A stretch of 64,000 bases of DNA from Escherichia coli (GTDB lineage Bacteria > Pseudomonadota > Gammaproteobacteria > Enterobacterales > Enterobacteriaceae): NCBI RefSeq assembly GCF_046105845.1, contig NZ_CP151004.1; one strand, written 5' to 3'. The translations under genes and the position numbers were made by a program. The notes under the pieces were generated by a model, which searched no databases, had not been told where the DNA came from, and was given only the letters and a program-made list of their open reading frames with translations. This document shows, piece after piece, positions 50,354 through 61,201 of the stretch; within the stretch, counting starts at the first letter, position 1; every line of letters begins with the position of its first letter.

Positions 50354-51106
50354 ATGACCATTAAAAATGTAATTTGCGATATCGACGGCGTGCTGATGCA
50401 CGATAACGTCGCCGTACCGGGCGCAGCGGAATTTTTGCACGGGATTATGGATAAAGGCCTGCCGCTGGTGTTGCTGACCAACTATCCTTCGCAGACCGGG
50501 CAAGATCTGGCGAATCGCTTTGCCACTGCGGGTGTCGATGTGCCGGACAGCGTGTTTTATACCTCCGCGATGGCAACCGCCGATTTCCTGCGTCGCCAGG
50601 AAGGCAAGAAAGCATATGTGGTGGGCGAAGGCGCACTGATTCATGAACTGTACAAAGCCGGTTTCACTATTACCGATGTGAACCCTGATTTTGTGATTGT
50701 TGGCGAAACGCGTTCCTACAACTGGGACATGATGCATAAAGCAGCCTATTTCGTCGCTAACGGTGCACGCTTTATCGCCACCAACCCGGACACCCACGGG
50801 CGCGGTTTTTATCCGGCCTGTGGCGCGCTATGCGCGGGGATCGAAAAAATCTCCGGACGTAAACCGTTCTATGTTGGTAAGCCGAGTCCGTGGATCATCC
50901 GCGCAGCATTAAACAAAATGCAGGCGCATTCGGAAGAAACGGTGATTGTTGGCGATAACCTGCGTACCGATATTCTGGCGGGCTTCCAGGCCGGTCTGGA
51001 GACGATTCTGGTACTCTCCGGTGTTTCGTCGCTCGACGATATCGACAGTATGCCATTCCGCCCCAGCTGGATTTACCCATCGGTCGCCGAAATCGACGTT
51101 ATCTGA
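50354..51106 (+). CDS. nagD: HAD-family ribonucleotide monophosphatase NagD
   Basis: 250-aa ORF MTIKNVICDIDGVLMHDNVAVPGAAEFL... with HAD motif DIDGVL. Confidence 0.95.
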   Translation: MTIKNVICDIDGVLMHDNVAVPGAAEFLHGIMDKGLPLVLLTNYPSQTGQDLANRFATAGVDVPDSVFYTSAMATADFLRRQEGKKAYVVGEGALIHELYKAGFTITDVNPDFVIVGETRSYNWDMMHKAAYFVANGARFIATNPDTHGRGFYPACGALCAGIEKISGRKPFYVGKPSPWIIRAALNKMQAHSEETVIVGDNLRTDILAGFQAGLETILVLSGVSSLDDIDSMPFRPSWIYPSVAEIDVI

Positions 51107-51362
51107 ATAGCAACCACGCCTCAGGGCGTGGTTTCTTATTTTTACCCATCACTAAAATTCGCCCATTTAATAAAACCCGCCCAAAATTATCGATTCATCA
51201 ATAAATACACCTCTACACCCTACCCTTTTTCATTAATCAGCAATCACCATTACGTTTTTTATTTACCCCCTGCCAAATCGCTTGCGCACAGTGCTGCTTT
51301 GCGGCATTTTTTTAAACAAGCAAACACAACAAGCAACAAATACCAGGTTAACGGAGAAGGTT

Positions 51363-53027
51363 ATGTGTTCAATTTTTGGCGTATTCGATATCAAAACAGA
51401 CGCAGTTGAGCTGCGCAAGAAAGCACTCGAGCTGTCACGCCTGATGCGTCATCGTGGCCCGGACTGGTCCGGTATTTATGCCAGCGATAACGCCATTCTC
51501 GCCCACGAACGTCTTTCCATTGTTGACGTTAACGCGGGGGCGCAACCTCTCTACAACCAACAAAAAACTCATGTGCTGGCAGTAAACGGTGAAATCTACA
51601 ACCACCAGGCATTGCGCGCTGAATATGGCGATCGTTACCAGTTCCAGACCGGGTCTGACTGTGAAGTGATCCTCGCGCTGTATCAGGAAAAAGGGCCGGA
51701 ATTTCTCGACGATTTGCAGGGCATGTTCGCTTTTGCCCTGTACGACAGCGAAAAAGATGCGTATCTGATTGGTCGCGACCATCTGGGGATCATCCCACTG
51801 TATATGGGCTATGACGAACATGGTCAGCTGTATGTGGCCTCAGAAATGAAAGCCCTGGTGCCGGTATGCCGCACGATTAAAGAGTTCCCGGCGGGGAGCT
51901 ATTTGTGGAGCCAGGACGGCGAAATCCGTTCTTATTATCATCGCGACTGGTTCGACTACGATGCGGTGAAAGATAACGTAACCGACAAAAACGAGCTGCG
52001 TCAGGCACTGGAAGATTCCGTTAAAAGCCATCTGATGTCTGATGTGCCTTACGGTGTGCTGCTATCTGGTGGCCTGGATTCCTCAATCATTTCCGCGATC
52101 ACCAAGAAATACGCCGCCCGTCGCGTGGAAGATCAGGAACGCTCTGAAGCCTGGTGGCCGCAATTACACTCCTTTGCTGTAGGTCTGCCGGGTTCACCGG
52201 ATCTGAAAGCAGCCCAGGAAGTGGCAAACCATCTGGGCACGGTGCATCACGAAATTCACTTCACTGTACAGGAAGGTCTGGATGCCATCCGCGACGTGAT
52301 TTACCACATCGAAACCTATGATGTGACCACTATTCGCGCTTCAACACCGATGTATTTAATGTCGCGTAAGATCAAAGCGATGGGCATTAAAATGGTGCTG
52401 TCCGGTGAAGGTTCTGATGAAGTGTTTGGCGGTTATCTTTACTTCCACAAAGCACCGAATGCCAAAGAACTGCATGAAGAGACGGTGCGTAAACTGCTGG
52501 CCCTGCATATGTATGACTGCGCGCGTGCCAACAAAGCGATGTCAGCCTGGGGCGTGGAAGCACGCGTTCCGTTCCTCGACAAAAAATTCCTTGATGTGGC
52601 GATGCGCATTAACCCACAGGATAAAATGTGCGGTAACGGCAAAATGGAAAAACACATCCTGCGTGAATGTTTTGAAGCGTATCTGCCTGCAAGCGTGGCC
52701 TGGCGGCAGAAAGAGCAGTTCTCCGATGGCGTCGGTTACAGTTGGATCGATACCCTGAAAGAAGTGGCGGCGCAGCAGGTTTCTGATCAACAGCTGGAAA
52801 CTGCCCGCTTCCGCTTCCCGTACAACACGCCGACGTCCAAAGAAGCGTATCTGTACCGGGAGATCTTTGAAGAACTGTTCCCGCTTCCGAGCGCCGCTGA
52901 GTGCGTGCCGGGCGGCCCTTCCGTCGCGTGTTCTTCCGCTAAAGCGATCGAGTGGGATGAAGCGTTCAAAAAAATGGACGATCCATCTGGTCGTGCGGTT
53001 GGTGTTCACCAGTCGGCGTATAAGTAA
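51363..53027 (+). CDS. asnB: Asparagine synthetase B (glutamine-hydrolysing)
   Basis: Start set at MCSIFGVFDIKTDAVELRKKALE (554 aa), with the N-terminal Cys nucleophile; the track ORF begins at 51282. Confidence 0.97.
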   Translation: MCSIFGVFDIKTDAVELRKKALELSRLMRHRGPDWSGIYASDNAILAHERLSIVDVNAGAQPLYNQQKTHVLAVNGEIYNHQALRAEYGDRYQFQTGSDCEVILALYQEKGPEFLDDLQGMFAFALYDSEKDAYLIGRDHLGIIPLYMGYDEHGQLYVASEMKALVPVCRTIKEFPAGSYLWSQDGEIRSYYHRDWFDYDAVKDNVTDKNELRQALEDSVKSHLMSDVPYGVLLSGGLDSSIISAITKKYAARRVEDQERSEAWWPQLHSFAVGLPGSPDLKAAQEVANHLGTVHHEIHFTVQEGLDAIRDVIYHIETYDVTTIRASTPMYLMSRKIKAMGIKMVLSGEGSDEVFGGYLYFHKAPNAKELHEETVRKLLALHMYDCARANKAMSAWGVEARVPFLDKKFLDVAMRINPQDKMCGNGKMEKHILRECFEAYLPASVAWRQKEQFSDGVGYSWIDTLKEVAAQQVSDQQLETARFRFPYNTPTSKEAYLYREIFEELFPLPSAAECVPGGPSVACSSAKAIEWDEAFKKMDDPSGRAVGVHQSAYK

Positions 53028-53040
53028 GAAATGCGGTACT

Positions 53041-53066
53041 GCCCCGGAGAAATCCGGGGCTGTTTT
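53041..53066 (+). terminator. Rho-independent terminator of asnB
   Basis: CCCCGGA-gaaa-TCCGGGG followed by CTGTTTT. Confidence 0.75.
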
Positions 53067-53338
53067 AGTTATTGAGCTGCTTGTTGATTCTGATACGCAG
53101 TGAGGAAATGTTCCGGATTTGCTACATCGCTGTTTGACAACTCATCACTGTAGGCCAGTATTTCATAGATTAATTTCCCACCACTATTGTTGAATTCCGA
53201 ATTTCATCCTGTATGACAAAAGAATGGCTGTAGGGTGGGGAAAAAACACAAAGTAAACAATAATTGACGAATATAGCGCCACGCTGTTCGCAACCTAACC
53301 AAACAGTCACTTTCGAGCAATTTTCCTTGAAAAAGAGG

Positions 53339-53380
53339 TTGACGCTGCAAGGCTCTATACGCATAATGCGCCCCGCAACG
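53339..53380 (+). promoter_or_regulatory. Sigma70 promoter of the tRNA operon, with a GC-rich discriminator (stringent-type)
   Basis: TTGACG, a 17-bp spacer, CATAAT, then GCGCCCCGC; the AT-rich tract upstream would suit an UP element or Fis sites. Confidence 0.6.
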
Positions 53381-53406
53381 CCGATAAGGTATCGCGAAAA
53401 AAAAGA

Positions 53407-53483
53407 TGGCTACGTAGCTCAGTTGGTTAGAGCACATCACTCATAATGATGGGGTCACAGGTTCGAATCCCGTCGTAGCCACC
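53407..53483 (+). tRNA. metT: tRNA-Met (CAU, elongator)
   Basis: GGCTACGTAGCTCAGTTGGTTAGAGCACATCACTCATAATGATGGGGTCACAGGTTCGAATCCCGTCGTAGCCACCA; anticodon loop CTCATAA. Confidence 0.95.
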
Positions 53484-53492
53484 ATCTTTTTT

Positions 53493-53578
53493 GCGGGAGT
53501 GGCGAAATTGGTAGACGCACCAGATTTAGGTTCTGGCGCCGCAAGGTGTGCGAGTTCAAGTCTCGCCTCCCGCACCAT
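53493..53578 (+). tRNA. leuW: tRNA-Leu (UAG)
   Basis: GCGGGAGTGGCGAAATTGGTAGACGCACCAGATTTAGGTTCTGG...CTCGCCTCCCGCACCA; long variable arm; anticodon TAG. Confidence 0.93.
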
Positions 53579-53600
53579 TCACCAGAAAGCGTTGTACGGA

Positions 53601-53675
53601 TGGGGTATCGCCAAGCGGTAAGGCACCGGTTTTTGATACCGGCATTCCCTGGTTCGAATCCAGGTACCCCAGCCA
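53601..53675 (+). tRNA. glnU: tRNA-Gln (UUG)
   Basis: TGGGGTATCGCCAAGCGGTAAGGCACCGGTTTTTGATACCGGCATTCCCTGGTTCGAATCCAGGTACCCCAGCCA. Confidence 0.95.
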
Positions 53676-53709
53676 TCTTCTTCGAGTAAGCGGTTCACCG
53701 CCCGGTTAT

Positions 53710-53784
53710 TGGGGTATCGCCAAGCGGTAAGGCACCGGTTTTTGATACCGGCATTCCCTGGTTCGAATCCAGGTACCCCAGCCA
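53710..53784 (+). tRNA. glnW: tRNA-Gln (UUG), second identical copy
   Basis: Identical in sequence to glnU. Confidence 0.95.
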
Positions 53785-53799
53785 TCGAAGAAACAATCT

Positions 53800-53876
53800 G
53801 GCTACGTAGCTCAGTTGGTTAGAGCACATCACTCATAATGATGGGGTCACAGGTTCGAATCCCGTCGTAGCCACCA
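53800..53876 (+). tRNA. metU: tRNA-Met (CAU, elongator), second identical copy
   Basis: Identical in sequence to metT. Confidence 0.95.
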
Positions 53877-53924
53877 AATTCTGAATGTGTCGAATAAGTT
53901 CGGCAAATTCACAAACCAATTTGT

Positions 53925-53999
53925 TGGGGTATCGCCAAGCGGTAAGGCACCGGATTCTGATTCCGGCATTCCGAGGTTCGAATCCTCGTACCCCAGCCA
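53925..53999 (+). tRNA. glnV: tRNA-Gln (CUG)
   Basis: TGGGGTATCGCCAAGCGGTAAGGCACCGGATTCTGATTCCGGCATTCCGAGGTTCGAATCCTCGTACCCCAGCCA. Confidence 0.95.
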
Positions 54000-54036
54000 A
54001 TTTATTCAAGACGCTTACCTTGTAAGTGCACCCAGT

Positions 54037-54111
54037 TGGGGTATCGCCAAGCGGTAAGGCACCGGATTCTGATTCCGGCATTCCGAGGTTCGAATCCTCG
54101 TACCCCAGCCA
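54037..54111 (+). tRNA. glnX: tRNA-Gln (CUG), second identical copy
   Basis: Identical in sequence to glnV. Confidence 0.95.
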
Positions 54112-54114
54112 CAT

Positions 54115-54146
54115 TAAAAAAGCTCGCTTCGGCGAGCTTTTTGCTT
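54115..54146 (+). terminator. Rho-independent terminator of the tRNA operon
   Basis: AGCTCGC-ttcg-GCGAGCT followed by TTTTGCTTTT. Confidence 0.8.
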
Positions 54147-54169
54147 TTCTGCGTATATTCAATGTCGAA

Positions 54170-54262
54170 TGCGATGTTGACACGTCTTATCCTTCAAAGT
54201 CGGATGCGACGCTGACGCGTCTTATCCGACCTACAGTTGGCACGCATCCGGCAATGTTGTAA
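54170..54262. repeat. REP / IRU-like palindromic repeats
   Basis: GTCGGATGCGACGCTGACGCGTCTTATCCGACCTAC and adjacent GCACGCATCCGGCAATG. Confidence 0.65.
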
Positions 54263-54264
54263 GG

Positions 54265-55440
54265 CTACAACCCTAACGCATATTTCAGCGCCTGACGTTT
54301 CAACACGCCAGCACGCTCCGCCGCCATCAAACCAAGATTACGCACAAAACGCAGCGGCGGCAGATTATTACTGAATCCGGCATAAAACAGATCCATACCG
54401 CTCTGCATAATGAAGTTATCCGCCATGCGCCGCATCTGGTAACGCTTGAGGACAGGATAACTGGCCCACGCTTCGCCGTAGCTGCGGGCATTCACCAGAA
54501 CGTCAATCAGGGCATCGACATCACGATAACCAAGATTCACCCCCTGCCCCGCCAGCGGATGGATGGTATGCGCGGCATCGCCCACCAGCGCAAGCCCTGG
54601 CTGCACATACTGCAACGCATGGCGACGCGTCAGCGGAAACGCACCAGCGGCAAGCGGTGTCACGTAACCCAGACGCGACGGGAAATGCTTCGCGATTTCC
54701 GCCTGGAGCTGTGCCATATTCATATTCTGCAACTGGCGAATGCGCGCCGGAGAGTCATACCACACCAGCGATGCCCAGTTATCAAACAACGGCAGAAACG
54801 CACGCGGTCCGTCCGGGGTAAATTGCTGCCAGGTGCTATCGCCGGGATCGTTCTCGCACTGTACGCTAATCAACATACACGACTGTGCATACTGCCAGGC
54901 ATGAACGCCAATTCCCGCCATCTGCCGCACCTGCGAATTTGCGCCGTCGGCACCAATCACCAGCTTCGCGCGGATCGTTTCTCCACCCTTCAGTTCCAGC
55001 TCCTGAAGATCATCATGGCGATGCAGCGCAATCAGCGAGCCTGGCACACGTAACGTTACTTTTGGATGCGCTTCCAGCGCCTGCCACAGCGCCTGTTGCA
55101 GGACGGTGTTTTCCACCATATAGCCAAGCAGCGGCAGCTTAAGTTCAGCGGCGTCAAACACCACATGCGCCGTTTCCCACTCCCACGTTTCCAGTCTGCG
55201 GTAAGGATGGCAACGCATAGCCTGTACTGCATCCCAGACCCCTAACCCTTTAAGCAATGATACCGAAGCCGCACTAATCGCCGAGATCCGCACGTCCGGC
55301 TGGCTGTCAGCGACAAACGGTGCAGGTTGGGCATGTTCGATCACCATTACCGAAAATCCGTGCTGAGCCAGTCCCAGCGCCAGTGCGCCGCCGACCATTC
55401 CTCCGCCGACAATGGCAATTTCCGTTGGTTGATTTGTCAT
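54265..55440 (-). CDS. ubiF: 2-octaprenyl-3-methyl-6-methoxy-1,4-benzoquinol hydroxylase (FAD-dependent monooxygenase)
   Basis: ORF MTMTNQPTEIAIVGGGMVGGALALGLAQHGF... (393 aa in the track; start trimmed to the internal Met for 391 aa). Confidence 0.93.
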   Translation of the reverse strand: MTNQPTEIAIVGGGMVGGALALGLAQHGFSVMVIEHAQPAPFVADSQPDVRISAISAASVSLLKGLGVWDAVQAMRCHPYRRLETWEWETAHVVFDAAELKLPLLGYMVENTVLQQALWQALEAHPKVTLRVPGSLIALHRHDDLQELELKGGETIRAKLVIGADGANSQVRQMAGIGVHAWQYAQSCMLISVQCENDPGDSTWQQFTPDGPRAFLPLFDNWASLVWYDSPARIRQLQNMNMAQLQAEIAKHFPSRLGYVTPLAAGAFPLTRRHALQYVQPGLALVGDAAHTIHPLAGQGVNLGYRDVDALIDVLVNARSYGEAWASYPVLKRYQMRRMADNFIMQSGMDLFYAGFSNNLPPLRFVRNLGLMAAERAGVLKRQALKYALGL

Positions 55441-55585
55441 GGTCAATCATCCTGTTAGCAATATGCTTTAAGTTTACAGGATTTTTACCCCCAAGGGCTG
55501 ATAACGCTCATACTGGTCACAACGGCAGCAAAGCATTACACTATGCGCCCTGCATTCCTGGCTACTATTTCGCAAGAGCAAGTCG

Positions 55586-57010
55586 ATGACCAAAAAACTC
55601 CATATTAAAACCTGGGGCTGTCAGATGAACGAGTACGATTCATCGAAGATGGCCGATCTGCTGGATGCCACCCACGGCTATCAACTGACCGACGTGGCGG
55701 AAGAAGCGGATGTGCTGCTGCTGAACACCTGCTCAATCCGCGAGAAGGCTCAGGAAAAAGTCTTCCATCAGTTGGGTCGCTGGAAACTGTTAAAAGAGAA
55801 GAATCCAGACCTGATTATCGGTGTCGGCGGCTGCGTGGCATCGCAGGAAGGCGAGCACATTCGCCAGCGCGCCCACTATGTCGATATTATTTTTGGGCCG
55901 CAAACGCTGCACCGCCTGCCGGAGATGATCAACTCCGTGCGCGGCGACCGCAGCCCGGTTGTAGATATCAGCTTCCCGGAAATCGAGAAGTTTGACCGTC
56001 TGCCGGAACCGCGCGCCGAAGGGCCGACCGCGTTTGTCTCCATCATGGAAGGCTGCAATAAATATTGCACCTACTGCGTGGTACCTTACACCCGTGGTGA
56101 AGAGGTAAGCCGTCCGTCCGACGATATTCTGTTTGAGATTGCCCAGCTTGCGGCTCAGGGCGTGCGTGAAGTCAACCTGCTCGGTCAGAACGTGAACGCC
56201 TGGCGTGGTGAAAACTACGACGGCACCACCGGAACGTTTGCCGATCTGCTGCGTCTGGTTGCGGCGATCGACGGGATCGATCGTATTCGCTTTACCACCA
56301 GCCATCCGATCGAATTCACCGACGATATCATCGAAGTGTACCGCGACACGCCGGAGCTGGTGAGCTTCCTGCACCTGCCGGTACAGAGCGGTTCCGATCG
56401 CATTCTGAACCTGATGGGCCGTACTCATACGGCGCTGGAGTATAAAGCGATCATCCGTAAACTGCGTGCGGCGCGTCCGGATATTCAGATCAGTTCTGAC
56501 TTCATTGTTGGCTTCCCTGGCGAAACCACCGAAGACTTCGAGAAAACGATGAAGCTGATTGCCGACGTCAATTTCGACATGAGCTACAGCTTTATCTTCT
56601 CTGCACGTCCGGGTACACCAGCCGCCGATATGGTTGATGATGTTCCGGAAGAAGAGAAGAAGCAGCGTCTGTATATTCTGCAAGAACGTATCAATCAGCA
56701 AGCGATGGCATGGAGCCGCCGGATGCTCGGCACCACCCAGCGTATTCTGGTAGAAGGGACTTCGCGTAAGAGCATCATGGAGCTTTCCGGGCGTACCGAA
56801 AATAACCGCGTGGTCAACTTCGAGGGCACACCGGATATGATCGGTAAATTCGTCGATGTAGAAATTACCGACGTCTACCCGAACTCTCTGCGCGGTAAAG
56901 TGGTGCGTACTGAAGATGAAATGGGGCTGCGCGTGGCAGAAACACCAGAATCGGTCATTGCCCGTACCCGCAAAGAAAACGACCTTGGCGTGGGTTATTA
57001 TCAGCCGTAA
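55586..57010 (+). CDS. miaB: tRNA-i6A37 methylthiotransferase (radical SAM)
   Basis: 474-aa [40 protein letters not shown]... with CxxxCxxC (CNKYCTYC). Confidence 0.97.
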   Translation: MTKKLHIKTWGCQMNEYDSSKMADLLDATHGYQLTDVAEEADVLLLNTCSIREKAQEKVFHQLGRWKLLKEKNPDLIIGVGGCVASQEGEHIRQRAHYVDIIFGPQTLHRLPEMINSVRGDRSPVVDISFPEIEKFDRLPEPRAEGPTAFVSIMEGCNKYCTYCVVPYTRGEEVSRPSDDILFEIAQLAAQGVREVNLLGQNVNAWRGENYDGTTGTFADLLRLVAAIDGIDRIRFTTSHPIEFTDDIIEVYRDTPELVSFLHLPVQSGSDRILNLMGRTHTALEYKAIIRKLRAARPDIQISSDFIVGFPGETTEDFEKTMKLIADVNFDMSYSFIFSARPGTPAADMVDDVPEEEKKQRLYILQERINQQAMAWSRRMLGTTQRILVEGTSRKSIMELSGRTENNRVVNFEGTPDMIGKFVDVEITDVYPNSLRGKVVRTEDEMGLRVAETPESVIARTRKENDLGVGYYQP

Positions 57011-57036
57011 TTCTCAGGCCCGCCGTTCCGGTGGGC
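57006..57036 (+). terminator. Rho-independent terminator / attenuator after miaB
   Basis: AGGCCCGCCG-ttc-CGGTGGGCCT 10-bp stem followed by TGTTTTTT. Confidence 0.7.
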
Positions 57037-57054
57037 CTTGTTTTTTCTCTCTTT
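57027..57054 (+). promoter_or_regulatory. Candidate sigma32 (heat-shock) promoter for ybeZ-ybeY-corC-lnt
   Basis: CTTGttt (-35-like), a 13-nt spacer, then CCCCATCT (-10-like, consensus CCCCATnT), about 110 bp upstream of the ybeZ start. Confidence 0.5.
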
Positions 57055-57162
57055 ATCCCCATCTTTATCGCAATGCTTGCGCCTTTTTCCTGTGGCGTGA
57101 ATAATTTCCTTATAGGCCGGTGAATGTTCAGCTTCCGGCGGCATACAGATAAGAGGAACGGT

Positions 57163-58203
57163 TTGAACATAGACACTCGCGAAATCACCCTGGAGCCAGC
57201 AGACAACGCGCGTCTGTTGAGCCTGTGCGGCCCGTTTGATGACAACATCAAACAACTCGAACGCCGTCTCGGCATCGAAATCAATCGCCGCGATAACCAC
57301 TTTAAACTGACCGGCCGTCCGATTTGCGTCACCGCTGCGGCAGACATTCTGCGTAGCCTGTATGTCGATACTGCCCCGATGCGCGGTCAGATTCAGGATA
57401 TTGAACCGGAACAGATCCACCTTGCGATTAAAGAAGCGCGGGTACTGGAGCAAAGCGCGGAGAGCGTGCCGGAGTACGGCAAAGCGGTCAATATCAAAAC
57501 CAAACGCGGCGTAATCAAGCCGCGCACGCCAAACCAGGCGCAGTACATCGCCAATATTCTCGACCATGACATTACCTTCGGCGTTGGCCCGGCGGGTACG
57601 GGTAAAACCTACCTGGCAGTGGCTGCAGCAGTTGATGCCCTGGAGCGTCAGGAAATTCGCCGTATTCTGCTGACTCGTCCGGCGGTAGAAGCCGGTGAGA
57701 AACTGGGCTTCCTGCCTGGCGATTTAAGCCAGAAAGTAGATCCGTATCTGCGCCCGCTGTACGACGCGCTGTTTGAAATGCTGGGCTTTGAGAAAGTCGA
57801 GAAACTGATTGAGCGCAACGTTATTGAAGTCGCGCCGCTGGCCTATATGCGTGGCCGTACGCTGAACGACGCGTTTATCATTCTCGATGAAAGCCAGAAC
57901 ACCACCATCGAACAGATGAAGATGTTCCTGACCCGTATCGGTTTTAACTCAAAAGCGGTTATCACCGGCGACGTCACGCAGATCGACCTGCCGCGTAATA
58001 CTAAATCAGGCTTACGTCATGCCATCGAAGTGCTGGCTGACGTCGAAGAGATCAGCTTTAACTTCTTCCACAGCGAAGACGTGGTTCGTCACCCGGTGGT
58101 GGCGCGTATCGTTAACGCTTATGAAGCCTGGGAAGAAGCAGAACAAAAACGTAAAGCGGCGCTGGCAGCAGAACGCAAGCGCGAAGAACAGGAACAAAAA
58201 TGA
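57163..58203 (+). CDS. ybeZ: PhoH-like ATPase YbeZ
   Basis: Start assigned to TTG at 57163 (346 aa, ..[18 protein letters not shown]..) with an AGAGGA RBS; an in-frame ATG at 57124 is the alternative. Walker A GPAGTGKT. Confidence 0.9.
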   Translation: MNIDTREITLEPADNARLLSLCGPFDDNIKQLERRLGIEINRRDNHFKLTGRPICVTAAADILRSLYVDTAPMRGQIQDIEPEQIHLAIKEARVLEQSAESVPEYGKAVNIKTKRGVIKPRTPNQAQYIANILDHDITFGVGPAGTGKTYLAVAAAVDALERQEIRRILLTRPAVEAGEKLGFLPGDLSQKVDPYLRPLYDALFEMLGFEKVEKLIERNVIEVAPLAYMRGRTLNDAFIILDESQNTTIEQMKMFLTRIGFNSKAVITGDVTQIDLPRNTKSGLRHAIEVLADVEEISFNFFHSEDVVRHPVVARIVNAYEAWEEAEQKRKAALAAERKREEQEQK

Positions 58204-58667
58204 GTCAGGTGATCCTCGATTTACAACTGGCATGTGAAGATAATTCCGGGTTACCGGAAGAGAGCCAGTTTCAAACATGGCTGAATGCAGTGATCCCGCA
58301 GTTTCAGGAAGAGTCGGAAGTGACTATTCGCGTGGTCGATACCGCCGAAAGCCACAGTCTGAATCTGACCTATCGCGGTAAGGATAAGCCGACCAACGTG
58401 CTCTCCTTCCCGTTTGAAGTGCCGCCTGGCATGGAAATGTCGCTACTGGGCGATCTGGTTATCTGCCGTCAGGTGGTTGAGAAGGAAGCACAGGAGCAAG
58501 GCAAACCACTGGAGGCGCACTGGGCGCATATGGTGGTGCACGGCAGTCTGCATTTGTTAGGTTACGATCACATCGAAGATGACGAAGCAGAAGAAATGGA
58601 AGCCATCGAAACAGAGATTATGCTTGCTCTGGGCTATGAGGATCCGTACATTGCCGAGAAAGAATAA
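58200..58667 (+). CDS. ybeY: Endoribonuclease YbeY (16S rRNA 3'-end maturation)
   Basis: 155-aa ORF with the H-x-x-x-H-x-x-G-x-x-H metal motif ([11 protein letters not shown]). Confidence 0.96.
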   Translation: MSQVILDLQLACEDNSGLPEESQFQTWLNAVIPQFQEESEVTIRVVDTAESHSLNLTYRGKDKPTNVLSFPFEVPPGMEMSLLGDLVICRQVVEKEAQEQGKPLEAHWAHMVVHGSLHLLGYDHIEDDEAEEMEAIETEIMLALGYEDPYIAEKE

Positions 58668-58756
58668 TTTGCCAGGCATTTGACTGGCAGACGTCCCCGC
58701 CGTTGGTGATTAACGACGGCGTTTTGATTAACTAACATGAGAACCCATACGACGCC

Positions 58757-59635
58757 ATGAGCGACGACAATTCACACAGTAGTGACACGATAAGCAACAA
58801 GAAGGGATTTTTCTCCCTGTTACTCAGCCAACTTTTCCACGGTGAACCGAAAAACCGTGACGAACTGCTGGCGCTGATCCGTGATTCCGGGCAGAACGAC
58901 CTTATCGACGAAGATACGCGCGATATGCTCGAAGGGGTGATGGACATCGCAGACCAACGCGTCCGCGACATCATGATCCCCCGCTCCCAGATGATTACCC
59001 TGAAACGCAACCAGACGCTGGACGAATGCCTTGATGTCATCATCGAGTCCGCCCACTCACGTTTCCCGGTGATTAGCGAAGACAAAGATCACATTGAAGG
59101 GATTCTGATGGCGAAAGACTTGCTGCCGTTTATGCGCAGCGATGCTGAAGCCTTCAGCATGGACAAAGTGTTACGTCAGGCAGTTGTCGTTCCTGAAAGT
59201 AAGCGCGTAGACCGGATGCTGAAAGAGTTTCGCTCTCAGCGTTACCACATGGCGATCGTCATTGACGAATTCGGTGGGGTTTCCGGTCTGGTGACCATTG
59301 AAGACATCCTGGAACTGATTGTTGGTGAGATTGAAGACGAGTATGACGAAGAAGATGATATCGACTTCCGTCAGCTGAGTCGTCATACCTGGACCGTGCG
59401 CGCACTGGCTTCCATTGAAGACTTCAACGAGGCGTTCGGCACCCACTTTAGCGATGAAGAGGTCGACACTATCGGTGGTCTGGTGATGCAGGCATTTGGG
59501 CATCTTCCGGCGCGTGGTGAAACCATCGACATCGACGGTTACCAGTTCAAAGTGGCGATGGCCGACAGTCGGCGTATTATTCAGGTTCATGTCAAAATTC
59601 CGGATGACTCACCCCAGCCAAAGCTGGATGAATAA
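58757..59635 (+). CDS. corC: Mg2+/Co2+ efflux protein CorC (CBS-pair plus CorC_HlyC domains)
   Basis: 292-aa [48 protein letters not shown]... Confidence 0.95.
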   Translation: MSDDNSHSSDTISNKKGFFSLLLSQLFHGEPKNRDELLALIRDSGQNDLIDEDTRDMLEGVMDIADQRVRDIMIPRSQMITLKRNQTLDECLDVIIESAHSRFPVISEDKDHIEGILMAKDLLPFMRSDAEAFSMDKVLRQAVVVPESKRVDRMLKEFRSQRYHMAIVIDEFGGVSGLVTIEDILELIVGEIEDEYDEEDDIDFRQLSRHTWTVRALASIEDFNEAFGTHFSDEEVDTIGGLVMQAFGHLPARGETIDIDGYQFKVAMADSRRIIQVHVKIPDDSPQPKLDE

Positions 59636-59659
59636 AACCGAAACTGGATAGATAACTAC

Positions 59660-61201
59660 ATGGCTTTTGCCTCATTAATTGAACGCCAGCGCATTCGCCT
59701 GCTGCTGGCGTTATTATTCGGTGCCTGCGGAACGCTGGCCTTCTCTCCTTACGATGTCTGGCCTGCGGCGATTATTTCGCTGATGGGGCTTCAGGCGCTG
59801 ACCTTTAACCGCCGTCCACTCCAGTCTGCCGCTATTGGCTTTTGCTGGGGATTTGGCCTCTTTGGCAGCGGTATTAACTGGGTCTATGTCAGCATCGCGA
59901 CTTTTGGCGGAATGCCTGGCCCGGTTAACATCTTCCTGGTGGTGCTGCTGGCGGCGTATTTGTCGCTGTATACCGGACTGTTTGCTGGCGTGCTGTCGCG
60001 CCTGTGGCCGAAAACCACCTGGCTGCGCGTGGCGATTGCCGCCCCTGCTCTCTGGCAAGTGACCGAGTTTCTGCGCGGTTGGGTGCTGACTGGTTTCCCG
60101 TGGTTACAGTTCGGCTATAGCCAGATTGATGGCCCGTTAAAAGGGCTGGCACCAATAATGGGCGTGGAAGCCATTAACTTCCTGCTAATGATGGTTAGCG
60201 GCCTGCTGGCACTGGCGTTGGTCAAACGCAACTGGCGTCCGCTGGCGGTGGCCGTCGTGCTGTTCGCCCTTCCCTTCCCGCTGCGTTACATCCAGTGGTT
60301 TACCCCGCAACCGGAGAAAACCATTCAGGTTTCGATGGTTCAGGGCGATATTCCGCAATCACTGAAATGGGACGGAGACCAGCTTCTTAATACGCTGAAG
60401 ATTTACTACAACGCAACGGCACCGCTGATGGGCAAATCATCGTTGATTATCTGGCCGGAGTCGGCGATAACCGATCTGGAAATTAATCAGCAACCGTTCC
60501 TCAAAGCACTGGACGGTGAGTTGCGCGATAAAGGTAGCTCGCTGGTAACCGGGATTGTTGACGCGCGTCTCAATAAGCAGAACCGCTACGATACTTACAA
60601 CACCATCATCACGCTGGGGAAAGGTGCGCCGTACAGCTACGAATCAGCCGATCGCTATAACAAAAACCATCTGGTGCCGTTTGGCGAGTTTGTCCCGCTG
60701 GAGTCGATTCTGCGTCCGTTAGCGCCGTTCTTTGATCTGCCGATGTCGTCGTTCAGCCGTGGGCCATATATCCAGCCACCGCTGTCGGTAAACGGTATTG
60801 AGCTTACTGCGGCTATTTGCTACGAGATCATTCTCGGCGAGCAAGTGCGTGATAACTTCCGCCCGGATACCGATTATCTGCTGACTATCTCCAACGATGC
60901 ATGGTTTGGTAAGTCTATTGGTCCATGGCAGCACTTCCAGATGGCGCGAATGCGTGCGCTGGAGTTGGCGCGCCCGCTACTGCGTAGCACCAACAACGGC
61001 ATTACGGCGGTGATTGGTCCGCAGGGTGAGATTCAGGCGATGATCCCGCAATTCACCCGCGAGGTGTTAACCACTAACGTGACGCCGACTACCGGACTTA
61101 CACCGTACGCACGTACCGGCAACTGGCCTCTGTGGGTGCTGACGGCACTGTTTGGTTTTGCTGCTGTGCTGATGAGTCTGCGTCAGCGACGTAAACGTTG
61201 A
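59660..61201 (+). CDS. lnt: Apolipoprotein N-acyltransferase
   Basis: 513-aa [50 protein letters not shown]...; C-terminal nitrilase-like domain. Confidence 0.96.
   Translation: MAFASLIERQRIRLLLALLFGACGTLAFSPYDVWPAAIISLMGLQALTFNRRPLQSAAIGFCWGFGLFGSGINWVYVSIATFGGMPGPVNIFLVVLLAAYLSLYTGLFAGVLSRLWPKTTWLRVAIAAPALWQVTEFLRGWVLTGFPWLQFGYSQIDGPLKGLAPIMGVEAINFLLMMVSGLLALALVKRNWRPLAVAVVLFALPFPLRYIQWFTPQPEKTIQVSMVQGDIPQSLKWDGDQLLNTLKIYYNATAPLMGKSSLIIWPESAITDLEINQQPFLKALDGELRDKGSSLVTGIVDARLNKQNRYDTYNTIITLGKGAPYSYESADRYNKNHLVPFGEFVPLESILRPLAPFFDLPMSSFSRGPYIQPPLSVNGIELTAAICYEIILGEQVRDNFRPDTDYLLTISNDAWFGKSIGPWQHFQMARMRALELARPLLRSTNNGITAVIGPQGEIQAMIPQFTREVLTTNVTPTTGLTPYARTGNWPLWVLTALFGFAAVLMSLRQRRKR

Noticed and set aside
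51128-51409. 93-aa plus-strand ORF between nagD and asnB
   Set aside because: It lies in the asnB promoter/leader and runs into the asnB start in another frame, with no RBS or homology.
53407-54111. Possible CRISPR array suggested by regularly spaced repeats
   Set aside because: The repeats are complete tRNA genes (75-86 nt) with cloverleaf structure, not short 28-37 nt CRISPR repeats, and no cas genes are present.
53833-54183. 116-aa minus-strand ORF, plus several 60-80-aa ORFs, across the tRNA cluster
   Set aside because: They are translations of tRNA genes and spacers; structured RNA genes explain the sequence.
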